DNA from: Halothiobacillus sp.
Lineage (GTDB): Bacteria > Pseudomonadota > Gammaproteobacteria > Halothiobacillales > Halothiobacillaceae
Direction of reading: 5' to 3'
Assembly (NCBI GenBank): GCA_024635755.1
Contig: JAGXIF010000044.1
Location: 28,086 to 92,085 of the forward strand
DNA: 64,000 nucleotides
Made by a program: the position numbers and the translations under genes. Each line of letters begins with the position of its first letter. Position 1 is the first letter of the stretch. The notes beneath the pieces were generated by a model, which saw only the letters and a program-made list of their open reading frames with translations, was not told where the DNA came from and did not search any database. Positions 21,073 through 31,925 of the stretch are shown piece by piece.

Positions 21073-22317
21073 TTAAAAGTGATCGCGGAACCAGCCCTTG
21101 AGCCGTTCCAGGACATTTCCATGGGCCGTTGCCGGTCCATGGGCCGTTTTTTCGCGGGACTGCTCCAGTCCGTGCAGCATCAAGCCGATCCCGACGGCGT
21201 TCGCCGGGTCGCTCAGGGCGTCCAGATTGCCGACTACCCCCTGGGGCGTACCCAGGCGGGCCGGCATCTGGAGAAAGTCTTCGGCCAGTTCGACGAACCC
21301 CGGCATTTGCGCCGTCCCGCCGGTGAGGACCACCCCGGCGTTGACCAGGTTGTGGTAACCCGATTGGCGAATTTCCTCCTGCAGGTAGGAGAGCAGTTCC
21401 TCCACCCGGGGGCGGACGATGCGCATCATCGTTTCCTGCGGGATGCGCCGCGGGGGACGACCCGAGACGCCGGGCACTTCGATGGCCCGGGAGCCATCAC
21501 GCTCGTCGAGCGGCCCAAGGTTGGCGTGATTGATCTTGATCTTCTCGGCCTCGGCCGGCGGCGTGGTCAGGCCGTAGGACAGGTCGTTGGTGATCTGCTC
21601 GCCGGCGATCGGCAACACCGCGGCGTAGCGCAGCGCCCCGCCGGTGTAGATGGCGACATCCGTGGTCCCGCCACCGATATCGATCAGGACCACGCCCAGT
21701 TCGCGCTCGTCGTCGTTGAGCACGGCGCGTGCCGCGGCAATCGGCTCGAGAATGGTGCCCTCGACGTGCACGTCACAGCGCTCGACGCACTTGATCACGT
21801 TCTGCACGTTGTTGGCCGCCGAGGTCACGATGTGCACGTTCGCCTCGAGCCGGTGGCCACTCATCCCCTGTGGGTTGCGGATACCGTCCTGACCGTCGAT
21901 GCGGAATTCCTGCGGCTCGCAGTGCAGGATCTGCTGACCATCCGGGATCTTCACCGCCCGGGCCGACTGGATCACCTGGAAGACGTCCGCGTCACTGATC
22001 TCGCGACCGCCGGTGCCGGTCATGCCCTGGGAGTCCATGCTGCGCACGTGATCCCCGGCCACGCCGACCCAGGCTGAGCCGATTTCGCAATCCGACAGGG
22101 CACTCGCCCCGTCGATCGCCCGGCGGATTGCCATCGAGGTCGACTCGATGTCTACCACCGAGCCGCGCCGCAATCCCTTGTTGGTGGGGTGCGAGCCGTA
22201 GCCGATCAGGCTCAGCCGGCCGTCGCCATCGCACTCGCCCACCAGCGCGGCAACCTTGCTGGTACCGATGTCCAGCCCGACGACGAATTCACGTTCACCT
22301 TTTCTCAACGCGCTCAT
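21073..22317 (-). CDS. ftsA: Cell division protein FtsA
   Basis: Start re-called at ATG 22317. GLDIGTSKV, DIGGGTTD and VLTGGTA motifs. Confidence 0.97.
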   Translation of the reverse strand: MSALRKGEREFVVGLDIGTSKVAALVGECDGDGRLSLIGYGSHPTNKGLRRGSVVDIESTSMAIRRAIDGASALSDCEIGSAWVGVAGDHVRSMDSQGMTGTGGREISDADVFQVIQSARAVKIPDGQQILHCEPQEFRIDGQDGIRNPQGMSGHRLEANVHIVTSAANNVQNVIKCVERCDVHVEGTILEPIAAARAVLNDDERELGVVLIDIGGGTTDVAIYTGGALRYAAVLPIAGEQITNDLSYGLTTPPAEAEKIKINHANLGPLDERDGSRAIEVPGVSGRPPRRIPQETMMRIVRPRVEELLSYLQEEIRQSGYHNLVNAGVVLTGGTAQMPGFVELAEDFLQMPARLGTPQGVVGNLDALSDPANAVGIGLMLHGLEQSREKTAHGPATAHGNVLERLKGWFRDHF

Positions 22318-22381
22318 GTTGTTTCTCTGCCCTTGATTGCCTTGATTTCCGATTGAGCGAGACCACGAACCATCCATGTCT

Positions 22382-23194
22382 TCATTGTTGTTCTCTCGAT
22401 GACACCTCGGCGGTTGACTCGTCCCGCCAGGCGACCGCAAAGCCGTTGCTGTAGCGCAGGTCGATCGACTGCACACGCCCCATCTGCCCCTTGAGGGTGT
22501 CGGGATACACGTCCAGCAACCGCTGCAGGCGCGTTTCCAGGGCATCGCGACCGGCTCGAATCTCCGCACCCGACGCCAGCTTGAGCGTCAGGGCGCCCCG
22601 GGGACTGCGCTCGACGCCCGCCAGCGTCAGACCCACGTCCTGCAACACCGGGCGCAGGCTCAGATACCGTTCCCACACCGCCCACTGACTGCCCGGCGGC
22701 CCCGACAATTGCGGCAAAACGAGGCCCGCCGGCTGCGATGCGGGGGCGAACACCACCCCGGCGCTGCTCAACAGCCGGTCGCCATCCCAGCGCGCGATGG
22801 GTTGGTGCGTCGACAACTCGACCAGCAGCCGGTCCGGCCACTGCCGGGTGATGCGCGCCTCGATCAGCCAGCGGTTGGCCAGCAACTCGCTGCGGTACGC
22901 CTCCAGATCGACAGCCCAAACGCTCTCCCCGATCGCGGACGCCATGACGATCTCGACGTCCTCGGCCGACACGTAGCGGTTGCTCCCCGCGATCTCGATA
23001 CCGTTGACCGGCGCCTGGAGCTTGAGCCAAACGCGCTGCGAGACCAGTACCAGCGCGGCGACGAAGGCCAACCAAAGGCCGACATGCAGCCCCCAACGGC
23101 CGATCTTGCGCAACGTGGCAAGAGTGGCCGTGAGCCGCGTGCGCCATGACGGCCCTTTCGGTCGCGCCTGGGATGTGCGCCTGGTTGGCATCAA
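22382..23194 (-). CDS. ftsQ: Cell division protein FtsQ
   Basis: Single TM, POTRA region (RQWPDRL), C-terminal IDLRYSNGFAVAW. Confidence 0.92.
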   Translation of the reverse strand: MMPTRRTSQARPKGPSWRTRLTATLATLRKIGRWGLHVGLWLAFVAALVLVSQRVWLKLQAPVNGIEIAGSNRYVSAEDVEIVMASAIGESVWAVDLEAYRSELLANRWLIEARITRQWPDRLLVELSTHQPIARWDGDRLLSSAGVVFAPASQPAGLVLPQLSGPPGSQWAVWERYLSLRPVLQDVGLTLAGVERSPRGALTLKLASGAEIRAGRDALETRLQRLLDVYPDTLKGQMGRVQSIDLRYSNGFAVAWRDESTAEVSSREQQ

Positions 23195-24174
23195 TGCGCT
23201 CCATCAGCCCGCTTGCCTCCCGTGCCCACCCCGGCGGCACCTGCCTCCAGGGTCTGTTCGAGAATGGTCCGGCACAGGGCCGGAAAGTCGATGCCCGCCG
23301 CGCGTGCCGCCATCGGCACCAGCGAATGGCTGGTCATCCCCGGCACCGTGTTGACCTCGATCAACCAGTGGCGCCCGGCCTGGTCGCGCATGAAATCGAC
23401 GCGCCCCCAGCCGCTTGCACCAATCAAATCGAAGGCCCGTCGGGCCGCGGTGGCCAGATGCGCCTGTTCGTCCTCGTCAAGACCGCAGGGAATGCGGTAC
23501 CCCGTGTCCTCGGCCTCGTACTTGGCCTGGTAGTCGTAGAAGGCGTGCGCCGCGCTCGCCTCGATACGAATGGCCGGCAGGGACCGACCGCCGAGGAGCG
23601 CCACCGTGTACTCGCCGCCGGCGATGAATTGCTCGATCATTACGTCGCCGTGTACCAGCGCCTGCTCGAAGGCCAGCTCGACCTCTTCGGGGCCATCCAC
23701 CTTGCTCACCCCGACACTCGAGCCGTCGGCGATCGGCTTGATGATCACCGGCCAACCGAGTGCATTGGCCGCCTGCCGAGCCGCGGCGAGATCTTCGACG
23801 ACCTCGAATGCCGGCGTGGCCAGCCCGGCGCTCTGCCAGATCCGCTTGCAAAGCACCTTGTCCATGCCCACCGCCGAGGCGGCCATGCCGCTGCCGGTGT
23901 AAGGCACGTCAAGCAGGTCCAGCAGGGCCTGTATCTGGCCGTCTTCGCCGCCCCGACCATGCAGGGCGATGAACACGCGATCGATGTGTTTTTCGTGCAG
24001 CAACCGGCCTAGGTTGGCCGCCTCATCGCGGTGCAGGTCGATCCCCGCGGCATCAACACCTAGTCCGACCAGCGCCTCGCAGATCGCTGCACCACTGTTG
24101 AGCGAGACGGCCCGCTCGGCGGACCACCCGCCCATCAGCACGGCCACCCGACCCAGATTTCGTGATTGGCTCAT
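23191..24174 (-). CDS. ddl: D-alanine--D-alanine ligase
   Basis: GGWSAERAVSL, ALHGRGGEDG, FYDYQAKY and EVNTVPGMT motifs; ATGA overlap with murC. Confidence 0.96.
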   Translation of the reverse strand: MSQSRNLGRVAVLMGGWSAERAVSLNSGAAICEALVGLGVDAAGIDLHRDEAANLGRLLHEKHIDRVFIALHGRGGEDGQIQALLDLLDVPYTGSGMAASAVGMDKVLCKRIWQSAGLATPAFEVVEDLAAARQAANALGWPVIIKPIADGSSVGVSKVDGPEEVELAFEQALVHGDVMIEQFIAGGEYTVALLGGRSLPAIRIEASAAHAFYDYQAKYEAEDTGYRIPCGLDEDEQAHLATAARRAFDLIGASGWGRVDFMRDQAGRHWLIEVNTVPGMTSHSLVPMAARAAGIDFPALCRTILEQTLEAGAAGVGTGGKRADGAH

Positions 24175-25598
24175 GCCGACTCCCCCCACTGTTCCAGCAG
24201 CAGTCCCGGCAGGCTGCCGACATTGCCGGCCCCCAGCGTCAGGACGATGCCGTCCTCGTGCACCATGTCGGCGACGACCTCCGACACCTGGTCGGGATCG
24301 CCGACGAAGACCGGGTCGACCTGGCCGCGGGCCCGAATGGCGCGGGCCAGGCTGCGGCCGTCGGCACCCGCAATTGGAGCCTGGCCGGCGGCGTAGACCT
24401 CCAGCAGGACCAACTGGTCGGCCTGCGAGAGCACCTCGACAAAATCCTCGAACAGGTCCCGCGTGCGGGTATAGCGGTGCGGCTGGAAGATCAGCAGCAG
24501 TGGCTCGTCCGGCCAGGCGTCACGCACCGCGGCCAGGGTTGCGGCCACCTCGCGTGGGTGGTGACCATAGTCGTCTAGCAGCATGCGTCGACCATGCTCG
24601 AAGCGCAGGTGCCCACGGCGCTCCAGGCGGCGACCGACACCCTTGAATCCCGCCAGGGCACGGACGATCGACTCGCCATCGACGCCCAGGTCGTGGGCCA
24701 CCGTGATCGCGGCGAGCGCGTTCAGGATGTTGTGCCGGCCGGGCATGGCCAGACGGCAATGCAGGGTCTCGCCTTCGGACAGCTTCACCCGGAAGGCCGA
24801 ATCGAAGCCGTCGCTACGCACGTCTGTTGCCCGCACATCGGCCGGGGCATCGATGCCGTAGGTTAGGACCTGCCGACCGACGCGGCTGACAATGCTCATG
24901 GCATGGGCGTCGTCGGCACACATCACCGCCAGGCCGTAGAACGGCAGGTTGTGCAGGAATTCGACAAAGTGATCCAGCAACCGGGAGAAGTCGTTGTCGT
25001 AGGTCTCGAGGTGGTCGGCGTCGATGTTGGTGACCACCGCCACATGGGGCTGCAGATGTAGGAAGGAGGCATCCGACTCGTCGGCCTCCGCGATGAGGTA
25101 CTCGCCGCGCCCCAAACGCGCATTCGAGGCGCTGGAGAGCAGTTTTCCGCCAATGACATAGGTGGGATCGAGGCCGGCCTCGGCCATGATCGCGGCCAGC
25201 AGCGAGGTGGTGGTGGTCTTGCCATGGGTACCGGCAACCGCCAACCCGATACGAAAGCGCATGATCTCGGCCAGCATTTCGGCCCGGCGGACGATCGGCA
25301 GACGGCGCGCCTGGGCGGTCTCCAGCTCCGGGTTGTCCGGGGCGATCGCCGTGGAGATCACCAGGACGTCGGCATCGGCGAGGTTTTCCGCGGCATGGCC
25401 GATGAATACCTCGATACCCAACTCGCGCAGGTGACGCACCGTCGGCGACTCGTTCATGTCCGAGCCGGTGACCAGGAAACCCAGCGTGTGCAACACTTCG
25501 GCGATGCCGCTCATGCCGGCGCCACCGATGCCGACGAAATGCAGCTTGCGCACCTTGCGCATGCGTACCTGGGCGACCGGAGCGAACTGTTCCATCAT
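24171..25598 (-). CDS. murC: UDP-N-acetylmuramate--L-alanine ligase
   Basis: Start re-called at 25598. GIGGAGMSG, AGTHGKTTTT, EADESDASF and DDYGHHP motifs. Confidence 0.97.
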   Translation of the reverse strand: MMEQFAPVAQVRMRKVRKLHFVGIGGAGMSGIAEVLHTLGFLVTGSDMNESPTVRHLRELGIEVFIGHAAENLADADVLVISTAIAPDNPELETAQARRLPIVRRAEMLAEIMRFRIGLAVAGTHGKTTTTSLLAAIMAEAGLDPTYVIGGKLLSSASNARLGRGEYLIAEADESDASFLHLQPHVAVVTNIDADHLETYDNDFSRLLDHFVEFLHNLPFYGLAVMCADDAHAMSIVSRVGRQVLTYGIDAPADVRATDVRSDGFDSAFRVKLSEGETLHCRLAMPGRHNILNALAAITVAHDLGVDGESIVRALAGFKGVGRRLERRGHLRFEHGRRMLLDDYGHHPREVAATLAAVRDAWPDEPLLLIFQPHRYTRTRDLFEDFVEVLSQADQLVLLEVYAAGQAPIAGADGRSLARAIRARGQVDPVFVGDPDQVSEVVADMVHEDGIVLTLGAGNVGSLPGLLLEQWGESA

Positions 25599-26722
25599 TT
25601 TTCCTCCCCGGGCGTGACGGCCCCGGCCAACGGTAGGCAGATCGAGACGATCCGGTCGGTGGAGTCGGTAACCGCCGACTCGCGGGCCTTGACGGCCATC
25701 TGTGCCAACTGCGACCGGTCGGCCAGCAAGGGTCCCAGCACCTCGGCGAGCCGCTCGACGCCAGCCTCGCGCTGGTCGAGCAGGCGGGCCGCCCCCTGGT
25801 CGACCAGGTAGGCGGCATTGAAGCGCTGGTGATCGTCCACCGCGTGAGGGAACGGGATGAAAAGCGCCCCAACGCCCGCCGCGGCGATCTCGGCGACTGT
25901 CATCGCACCGGCGCGGGCAATGACGAAGTCCGCCCAGCCGAGGGCCTCGGCCATGTCGTCGATGTAACCGCTGACCTCGTACTGACTGTCCGCCGCCCCC
26001 CAGTCCGCGGCGTGGTAATGGGCCTGCGCCACCTCCAGGTTGCGGGCGCCGGCCTGGTGGCGCACGTCGATCGCGGCCTGGTGGCTGACCCGCGCCAGTG
26101 CCTCGGGCACCGCCTCGTTGAGAGCCTGGGCACCCAGGCTTCCGCCCAGCACCAGCACGCGGACCGGGCCGCTGCGATCGGCCAGGCGCGCATCGGGGCG
26201 CGGCAGTGCGGCAATCTCCGCGCGCACCGGATTGCCGACCTGCTGCTCGACCGGCAGCGACCGGCCGAAGGCATCCGGGTAGGCGGCGAGCGTCCGCCGC
26301 GCGAAGCGAGACAACACGCGGTTGGTCAGGCCCGCGATCGCGTTCTGCTCGTGGATCACCAGCGGGCAACGTCTCAGCCAAGCGGCCAGTCCGCCCGGCC
26401 CCGCAGCGAAGCCACCCATGCCCACCGCGAGCACCGGACGATGCCGCCGCATGAAACGACCGGCCTGCCAGACGGCGCGCATCAGGGCGAGCGGCGCGGC
26501 CAGCCGGGTGATCAGTCCCTTGCCGCGCACCCCGCCGATGCTCAGGTAGTCGATGGCGTAACCGGCCTGGGGTACCAGGCGGGACTCGATGCCCCGCCGC
26601 GTGCCCATCCAGCGAATGGTGTAGCCGCGGGCGGCCAGGGCGTCAGCGACGGCCAGCGCCGGGACGACGTGCCCACCGGTGCCGCCGGCCATGAGGTAGA
26701 TGACGGGGCGCCGGGCGCTCAT
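25595..26722 (-). CDS. murG: Lipid II N-acetylglucosaminyltransferase
   Basis: Start re-called at 26722. AGGTGGHV, HEQN, GNPVR and GGSLGA motifs. Confidence 0.96.
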   Translation of the reverse strand: MSARRPVIYLMAGGTGGHVVPALAVADALAARGYTIRWMGTRRGIESRLVPQAGYAIDYLSIGGVRGKGLITRLAAPLALMRAVWQAGRFMRRHRPVLAVGMGGFAAGPGGLAAWLRRCPLVIHEQNAIAGLTNRVLSRFARRTLAAYPDAFGRSLPVEQQVGNPVRAEIAALPRPDARLADRSGPVRVLVLGGSLGAQALNEAVPEALARVSHQAAIDVRHQAGARNLEVAQAHYHAADWGAADSQYEVSGYIDDMAEALGWADFVIARAGAMTVAEIAAAGVGALFIPFPHAVDDHQRFNAAYLVDQGAARLLDQREAGVERLAEVLGPLLADRSQLAQMAVKARESAVTDSTDRIVSICLPLAGAVTPGEEK

Positions 26723-27972
26723 CGCTCCCCCTCCCGCAGATCGCGGATGCCTTGTTCGGCCAGGCCTCGGCTGGCCTCGTGATGCACACGCAGGATCAGC
26801 CCCATCGCCAGCAACGTGGCGACCATGGCCGAGCCGCCGTAGCTGATCAACGGCAGGGTCAGACCCTTGGTCGGCAGCAGCCCCATGTTCACGCCCATGT
26901 TGATCAGCGACTGCATGCCCAGCCAGACGCTGATGCCCCAGGCCAGTGCCGCACCGGCATACTGGCGGGCCGTCCACGCCATGCGAGCGATGACAAATCC
27001 GCGCCAGACCAGCACGCTGTAGAGCCCCAACAGGGCAATCACACCCATCAGGCCGAACTCCTCGGCGAACACGGCAAAGATGAAATCGGTATGCGCCTCG
27101 GGCAAATAGGCCAGCTTCTGCACGCTTTCCCCCAATCCGCGGCCGAAAAGCCCGCCGGTGCCGATGGCGATCAGGGCATTGACCAGCTGGTAGCCGTCGC
27201 CGAACGGATCGGAGAAGGGATTGGAGAACGACAGTAGCCGGTCGACTCGGTATTGGGCCGAGAACACGCCCATCACGGCCACCGTCACCCCGACCACCAT
27301 CAACATCAGCATGGTCTGCAGTTGGGCGCGCATCAGCCAGGCCATGGCGAACAGGGTCGCACCCAGTACCAGGGTGTTGCCGTAGTCGGGCTGCAGCATC
27401 AGCAGGGTGGCGCTCAGCACGATGACAGCCAATGGCCCGGCCATGCCACGGATGCGGGTCTGCACCTTCTCCAGATGGACCCCCAGGTAGGCGGCCATCC
27501 AGACGATCAGGCCCAGCCGGGCGAATTCGCTCACCTGCACCCGCACCAAGCCCAAGTCGATCCAGCGTGTCGCGCCGTTGACCGTATGCGCCACGCCCGG
27601 GATGAACAGCACCGCGAGTAGGCCAAAGGACAGCAGCAGGATCAGGCTGCGCATGGCGACAAAGTGGCGGATGGGGACCATCAGCAGCACGAACATGGCG
27701 ACCAGCCCGATCACCACGGCGACCGTCTGGCGCAGCAGCAGACCATGGCCGGCGGCCGGCGAGTCGCCGGTCCCCAGTGTGGCCGACGCCACCATCACCA
27801 GACCGATCGACAGCAGGGCAACCAAACAGATCAAAAACCAGCGATCGATGGCGATGCCACCGGCATGCTTCTGCACCTGGGCCTGGCCGCGGTCGCCCAG
27901 CCAGCGGGCGCCGTCGGCAGTCACCGAACGCAACCGTTGCCAGGCATGGGTATGCAATTGCACTAGGCTCAT
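26719..27972 (-). CDS. ftsW: SEDS peptidoglycan glycosyltransferase FtsW
   Basis: NGATRW, QPDYG, LPEAHTDFIF and PTKGLTLPLISYGGS motifs. Confidence 0.96.
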   Translation of the reverse strand: MSLVQLHTHAWQRLRSVTADGARWLGDRGQAQVQKHAGGIAIDRWFLICLVALLSIGLVMVASATLGTGDSPAAGHGLLLRQTVAVVIGLVAMFVLLMVPIRHFVAMRSLILLLSFGLLAVLFIPGVAHTVNGATRWIDLGLVRVQVSEFARLGLIVWMAAYLGVHLEKVQTRIRGMAGPLAVIVLSATLLMLQPDYGNTLVLGATLFAMAWLMRAQLQTMLMLMVVGVTVAVMGVFSAQYRVDRLLSFSNPFSDPFGDGYQLVNALIAIGTGGLFGRGLGESVQKLAYLPEAHTDFIFAVFAEEFGLMGVIALLGLYSVLVWRGFVIARMAWTARQYAGAALAWGISVWLGMQSLINMGVNMGLLPTKGLTLPLISYGGSAMVATLLAMGLILRVHHEASRGLAEQGIRDLREGER

Positions 27973-29417
27973 GACATGCCCTCCGTAACCGGCCCACGCT
28001 CGCAGACCGACTCGGCCAAACGGGCGAACCGCTCGCCACGCTCGGCATAACCGCGGAACATGTCGAAGCTCGCGCAGGCGGGCGCCAGGAGTACCGTGGC
28101 GCGCCGCCCACCGGCGGCCAGGGCCAGTGCCCGATCGGCGGCCCAGACGACCGCCTGCGGCATGTCTTCCGCCCGGTGCGTGGCGGGGGCGCCGCGCGTG
28201 GCGGCCAGGGCGGCCTCGATCAGCGGCGCATCGTCACCGATCAGCACCACGCCATCGGCGTGACGGGCCAGGGCCCGTGCCAACGGCGCAAAGGCCTGAC
28301 CCTTGGCCTGGCCACCGACGATCACGACCAGAGCCTCGTCACCAGAGGCGGCAAGCCCCTCGATGGCGGCGACGGCCGCACCCACGTTGGTCGCCTTGGA
28401 ATCGTTGATAAAGCGCACCTGGCCGCCGTCGACCGGCCAGCTGCAGATCGTCTGCATGCGGTGCGGCAGCCCGCAGAATGCGTCCAGCGCATCCAGCAAG
28501 GCCCGCGAGCCGAGCGCCTCACGTCCGGCGAATGCCTCGACCAGCGCCAGGGTCGCCAGCACGTTGAGGCGGTTGTGCGCGCCGGGCAGACCGATGTCCC
28601 CGGCGGCAACTAGGCGGTCGCCGTCGCAGTACAGATCCTTGCCGTCCGCATCCAGGTAATACCGTACGGCGGCCTCGGTGCGCGCCTCGGCCGGGTGCGC
28701 CGAGAAGCCCAGCACGTCTCCCTGGCAGGCATCCGCCATTGCGGCAACCCGGGGGTCGTCGAGATTGATCACCGCGGTCCGCGCATGCTCGAGCACCTTC
28801 GCCTTGAGCACGGCATAGGTCTCGATCGAACCGTGCCGATCCAGATGATCGGGGCTCAGGTTGAGCACGGTCGCGGCCAGCGGACGGACGGCGCTCGCAT
28901 CGCAACATTCGAGCTGGAAGCTGGATACCTCTAGTACCAGCACCTGCGCCGGCTCGACCAGCAGATCGAGCGCGGGGATGCCGTAGTTGCCGCCAACGGC
29001 GACGCGATAACCCAGCGCGTTAAGCAGATCGGCCACCAGTGCGGTCACGGTGCTCTTGCCGTTCGAACCGGTGATCAGGAGGTACGGAACCGGGGCGTTC
29101 CGCAGTGCCAACTCGATGTCACTGGCGACCGGAATCCCGCGATGACGGGCCTCGGCGAGCAGAGCGGCGATCTCGGCATCGGCCGGGTTGATGCCCGGAC
29201 TGAGAACGATGCCCTGGCAGTCCTGCAGTACGGGCTCGTCCAGCGCGGCGGCGTCCAGATCGCCTTCGTAGAGCGTGTCCGGGCCGAATGCGCGCAGCCA
29301 GGCGTCCCGGGGGGCGGCCGGACCACGGGTATCGGCGCCGACAAAAGGCGTCCCCTGGCGCTGGAAGAAGCGCCCGGCGGAAAACCCGGTTTGTCCCATG
29401 CCGATAATCAATTGCAT
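27969..29417 (-). CDS. murD: UDP-MurNAc-L-Ala--D-Glu ligase
   Basis: ITGSNGKSTV, EVSSFQL, DHLDRH, NDSKATN and APACASFDMF motifs. Confidence 0.96.
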   Translation of the reverse strand: MQLIIGMGQTGFSAGRFFQRQGTPFVGADTRGPAAPRDAWLRAFGPDTLYEGDLDAAALDEPVLQDCQGIVLSPGINPADAEIAALLAEARHRGIPVASDIELALRNAPVPYLLITGSNGKSTVTALVADLLNALGYRVAVGGNYGIPALDLLVEPAQVLVLEVSSFQLECCDASAVRPLAATVLNLSPDHLDRHGSIETYAVLKAKVLEHARTAVINLDDPRVAAMADACQGDVLGFSAHPAEARTEAAVRYYLDADGKDLYCDGDRLVAAGDIGLPGAHNRLNVLATLALVEAFAGREALGSRALLDALDAFCGLPHRMQTICSWPVDGGQVRFINDSKATNVGAAVAAIEGLAASGDEALVVIVGGQAKGQAFAPLARALARHADGVVLIGDDAPLIEAALAATRGAPATHRAEDMPQAVVWAADRALALAAGGRRATVLLAPACASFDMFRGYAERGERFARLAESVCERGPVTEGMS

Positions 29418-30499
29418 CAGCGCACCTTCATCGTCGCCAGACCGATCAGGACCAGAATCACGGTGATAATCCAGAAGCGCACGATCACCTTGGGCTCGGG
29501 CCAGCCCTTGAGTTCGAAGTGATGATGCAGCGGCGCCATGCGGAAGATCCGCTTGCCGGTCAGCCGGAAAGAGGCGACCTGTAGCATCACCGAGACGGTT
29601 TCGAGTACGAAGATCCCGCCCATGATGAACAGCACGATCTCCTGGCGGATCATCACCGCTACGATCCCCAGGGCCGCGCCCAACGCCAGCGCCCCGACAT
29701 CACCCATGAATACCTGGGCGGGATAGCTGTTGAACCAGAGAAAGCCGAGACCGGCCCCGACGATCGCCGCGCAGAACACAGCCAGTTCGCCGACCCCGGC
29801 TATGAACGGCAAGCCGAGGTAGTTGGCGAACTCGTAGTGACCGGTGACGTAGGCAAACGCCCCCAGTCCGGCCGCCACCAGCACCGTGGGCATGATCGCC
29901 AGCCCGTCGAGGCCATCGGTGAGATTGACCGCGTTGGAACTGCCCACTACCACGAAGTAGGCCAGGATGACGAAGCCGAGCCCCATCGGGATCAGCGCAT
30001 CCTTGACCAGCGGAATCAGCAGGCTGGTCTCCGCCGGGGTCTCGGCGATCAGGTAGAGGAAGATCCCGGCAAACAGCGCAATCAGCGACTGACCCAGATA
30101 TTTGTAGCGCGCGGCCAGCCCGTCGCTGTTGCGGCGACTGAGCTTGAGGTAATCGTCCCAGCCGCCGATCACGCCGAACCCCAGGGTGGTCAACAGGGCC
30201 ACCCAGACATAGACGTTGCCCAGGTCGCCCCACAACAGCATGGAGACGGCGATCGAGATCAGGATCAGTGCGCCGCCCATGGTGGGCGTGCCCGCCTTAG
30301 CCAGATGGCTTTGCGGACCCAGCTCGCGGATCGGCTGGCCGGCCTTGACGGCCTGCAGCCAGCGGATGACAAACGGCCCGACCGCCAGCGAAATGAGCAG
30401 CGCGGTGCCCACGCCGAGCATGGCGCGGAAGGTGAGGTACTCGAACACGTCGAAGAACGTGGCGTATTGGGTCAGCCATTCGGTCAACCAGAGCAGCAT
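29417..30499 (-). CDS. mraY: Phospho-N-acetylmuramoyl-pentapeptide transferase
   Basis: [27 protein letters not shown] and APLHHHFE motifs. Confidence 0.98.
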   Translation of the reverse strand: MLLWLTEWLTQYATFFDVFEYLTFRAMLGVGTALLISLAVGPFVIRWLQAVKAGQPIRELGPQSHLAKAGTPTMGGALILISIAVSMLLWGDLGNVYVWVALLTTLGFGVIGGWDDYLKLSRRNSDGLAARYKYLGQSLIALFAGIFLYLIAETPAETSLLIPLVKDALIPMGLGFVILAYFVVVGSSNAVNLTDGLDGLAIMPTVLVAAGLGAFAYVTGHYEFANYLGLPFIAGVGELAVFCAAIVGAGLGFLWFNSYPAQVFMGDVGALALGAALGIVAVMIRQEIVLFIMGGIFVLETVSVMLQVASFRLTGKRIFRMAPLHHHFELKGWPEPKVIVRFWIITVILVLIGLATMKVR

Positions 30500-30500
30500 C

Positions 30501-31925
30501 TCACCCTCTCCCTGTGAAATCGTTCCCGGTGCCCGGCGCCACGCCGTGCTCCCGCTCGAGCGCGTCCCGGACCCGCTCGATGTGCATGAATCGCGACCCC
30601 TTGAGCAGCACCGTCACCGCATCACCCGCCAGCCAAGGGCGCAGTGCAACGGTGGCCTCGTTGCTATCGGCCGCGCAGGCCAGGCAAGCATCGTTGCCGC
30701 CGGCGTCGCGAAACCCCGTCTGCATGGCCTCGGCGCCGGGTCCGACCACGACCACGCCATCCAGTTCCGCCGCCGCGGCCATTTCCCCCACCTGGCGGTG
30801 CAACGCCTCGGCCTGGTGGCCCAACTCGCCCATGCTGCCGAGTACCGCCAGGCGCCGGCCGGACAATCCGGCCAGGTAGTCAATCGCCGCGCGCATCGAC
30901 TCGGGATTGGCGTTGTAACTGTCGTCCAGCAAGTGCCAGCCATTGGCCAACGTGACCCGGTCCATCCGTCCGGTGGGCGGCTTGAAGGCCGACAGGCCCG
31001 CCCGGATCGAATCGGCATTCAGCCCCGCCATGCGCGCCAGGGAGACGGCGGCCAGCAGATTGACGGCGTTGTGCGCCCCGGGCATGGGAACACTCAGCGA
31101 TGCGAGCAGCGGTGTCCCGTGCTCCCTGACCGAGAGGCGATGGGCCGTGGCCTGGTAGTCGCCCAGCCAGGTCGCCCAACCTTCATGGCTGTCATCCAGG
31201 GTGAAGGTCAGGGCTTTCGGGGCGGATTTGAGCCACGCATCCGCGCCGGGGGAATCGAGGTTGATCAACGCCCGACAAGGGGACGGACAGTGACGATAGA
31301 GCTCGCCCTTGGCCTCGATGATGCGTTCCAGCGAGCCGAACTCGCCCAGATGCGCCTGGCCGGCCATGGTCACCAGCCCGATGTCGGGGCCCGCCAGCTC
31401 GGTCAATACGGCGATCTCGCCGACGTGGTTGGCCCCCATCTCGACCACGGCGAAACGGGTCGCCTGCGACCAGTCGAGCAGGGTCAGGGGCACGCCAATG
31501 TCGTTGTTGAGGTTGCCGCGGGTGGCCGCCGTCGGCCCGGACTGCCGGAGCATGGCGGCCAGCATTTCCTTGACGGTGGTCTTGCCGCTGCTACCGGTAA
31601 TCGCGATCACCAGCGGGTCGACGGCCTCCCGCCACGCGCGGGCGAGTGCCGCAAGCGCCTGACGGGTGTCGTCCACCACCACCTGGGGCAGGGACGACTC
31701 ACTGTGATGTTGGCTCACCAGAGCCGCGACGGCTCCCTGATCGGCAGCCTGTTGCAGAAACGCATGCGCGTCGAAGTTCGGGCCTTCGAGGGCGATGAAA
31801 AGTCGGTCGTCGAGATCCTGGCGAGTGTCGGTACCCACTCCGTGAATGGTCAATGCCTGGTCGGCGTCGACCGCCAGGCTCCCGCCAATCCAATTGCAGA
31901 TTTGTTGCAGGCTGGCGCGGATCAT
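30501..31925 (-). CDS. murF: UDP-MurNAc-tripeptide--D-Ala-D-Ala ligase
   Basis: [33 protein letters not shown] and LKGSR motifs. Confidence 0.96.
   Translation of the reverse strand: MIRASLQQICNWIGGSLAVDADQALTIHGVGTDTRQDLDDRLFIALEGPNFDAHAFLQQAADQGAVAALVSQHHSESSLPQVVVDDTRQALAALARAWREAVDPLVIAITGSSGKTTVKEMLAAMLRQSGPTAATRGNLNNDIGVPLTLLDWSQATRFAVVEMGANHVGEIAVLTELAGPDIGLVTMAGQAHLGEFGSLERIIEAKGELYRHCPSPCRALINLDSPGADAWLKSAPKALTFTLDDSHEGWATWLGDYQATAHRLSVREHGTPLLASLSVPMPGAHNAVNLLAAVSLARMAGLNADSIRAGLSAFKPPTGRMDRVTLANGWHLLDDSYNANPESMRAAIDYLAGLSGRRLAVLGSMGELGHQAEALHRQVGEMAAAAELDGVVVVGPGAEAMQTGFRDAGGNDACLACAADSNEATVALRPWLAGDAVTVLLKGSRFMHIERVRDALEREHGVAPGTGNDFTGRG

Noticed and set aside
19819-22077. 752-aa ORF antisense to ftsZ and ftsA
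   Set aside because: Shadow ORF with no recognisable domain.
24171-28111. Apparent giant MurC (736 aa) and MurG (838 aa), suggesting fusions
   Set aside because: The extensions are off-frame readings of the upstream genes; true starts are the ATGA overlaps at 25598 and 26722.
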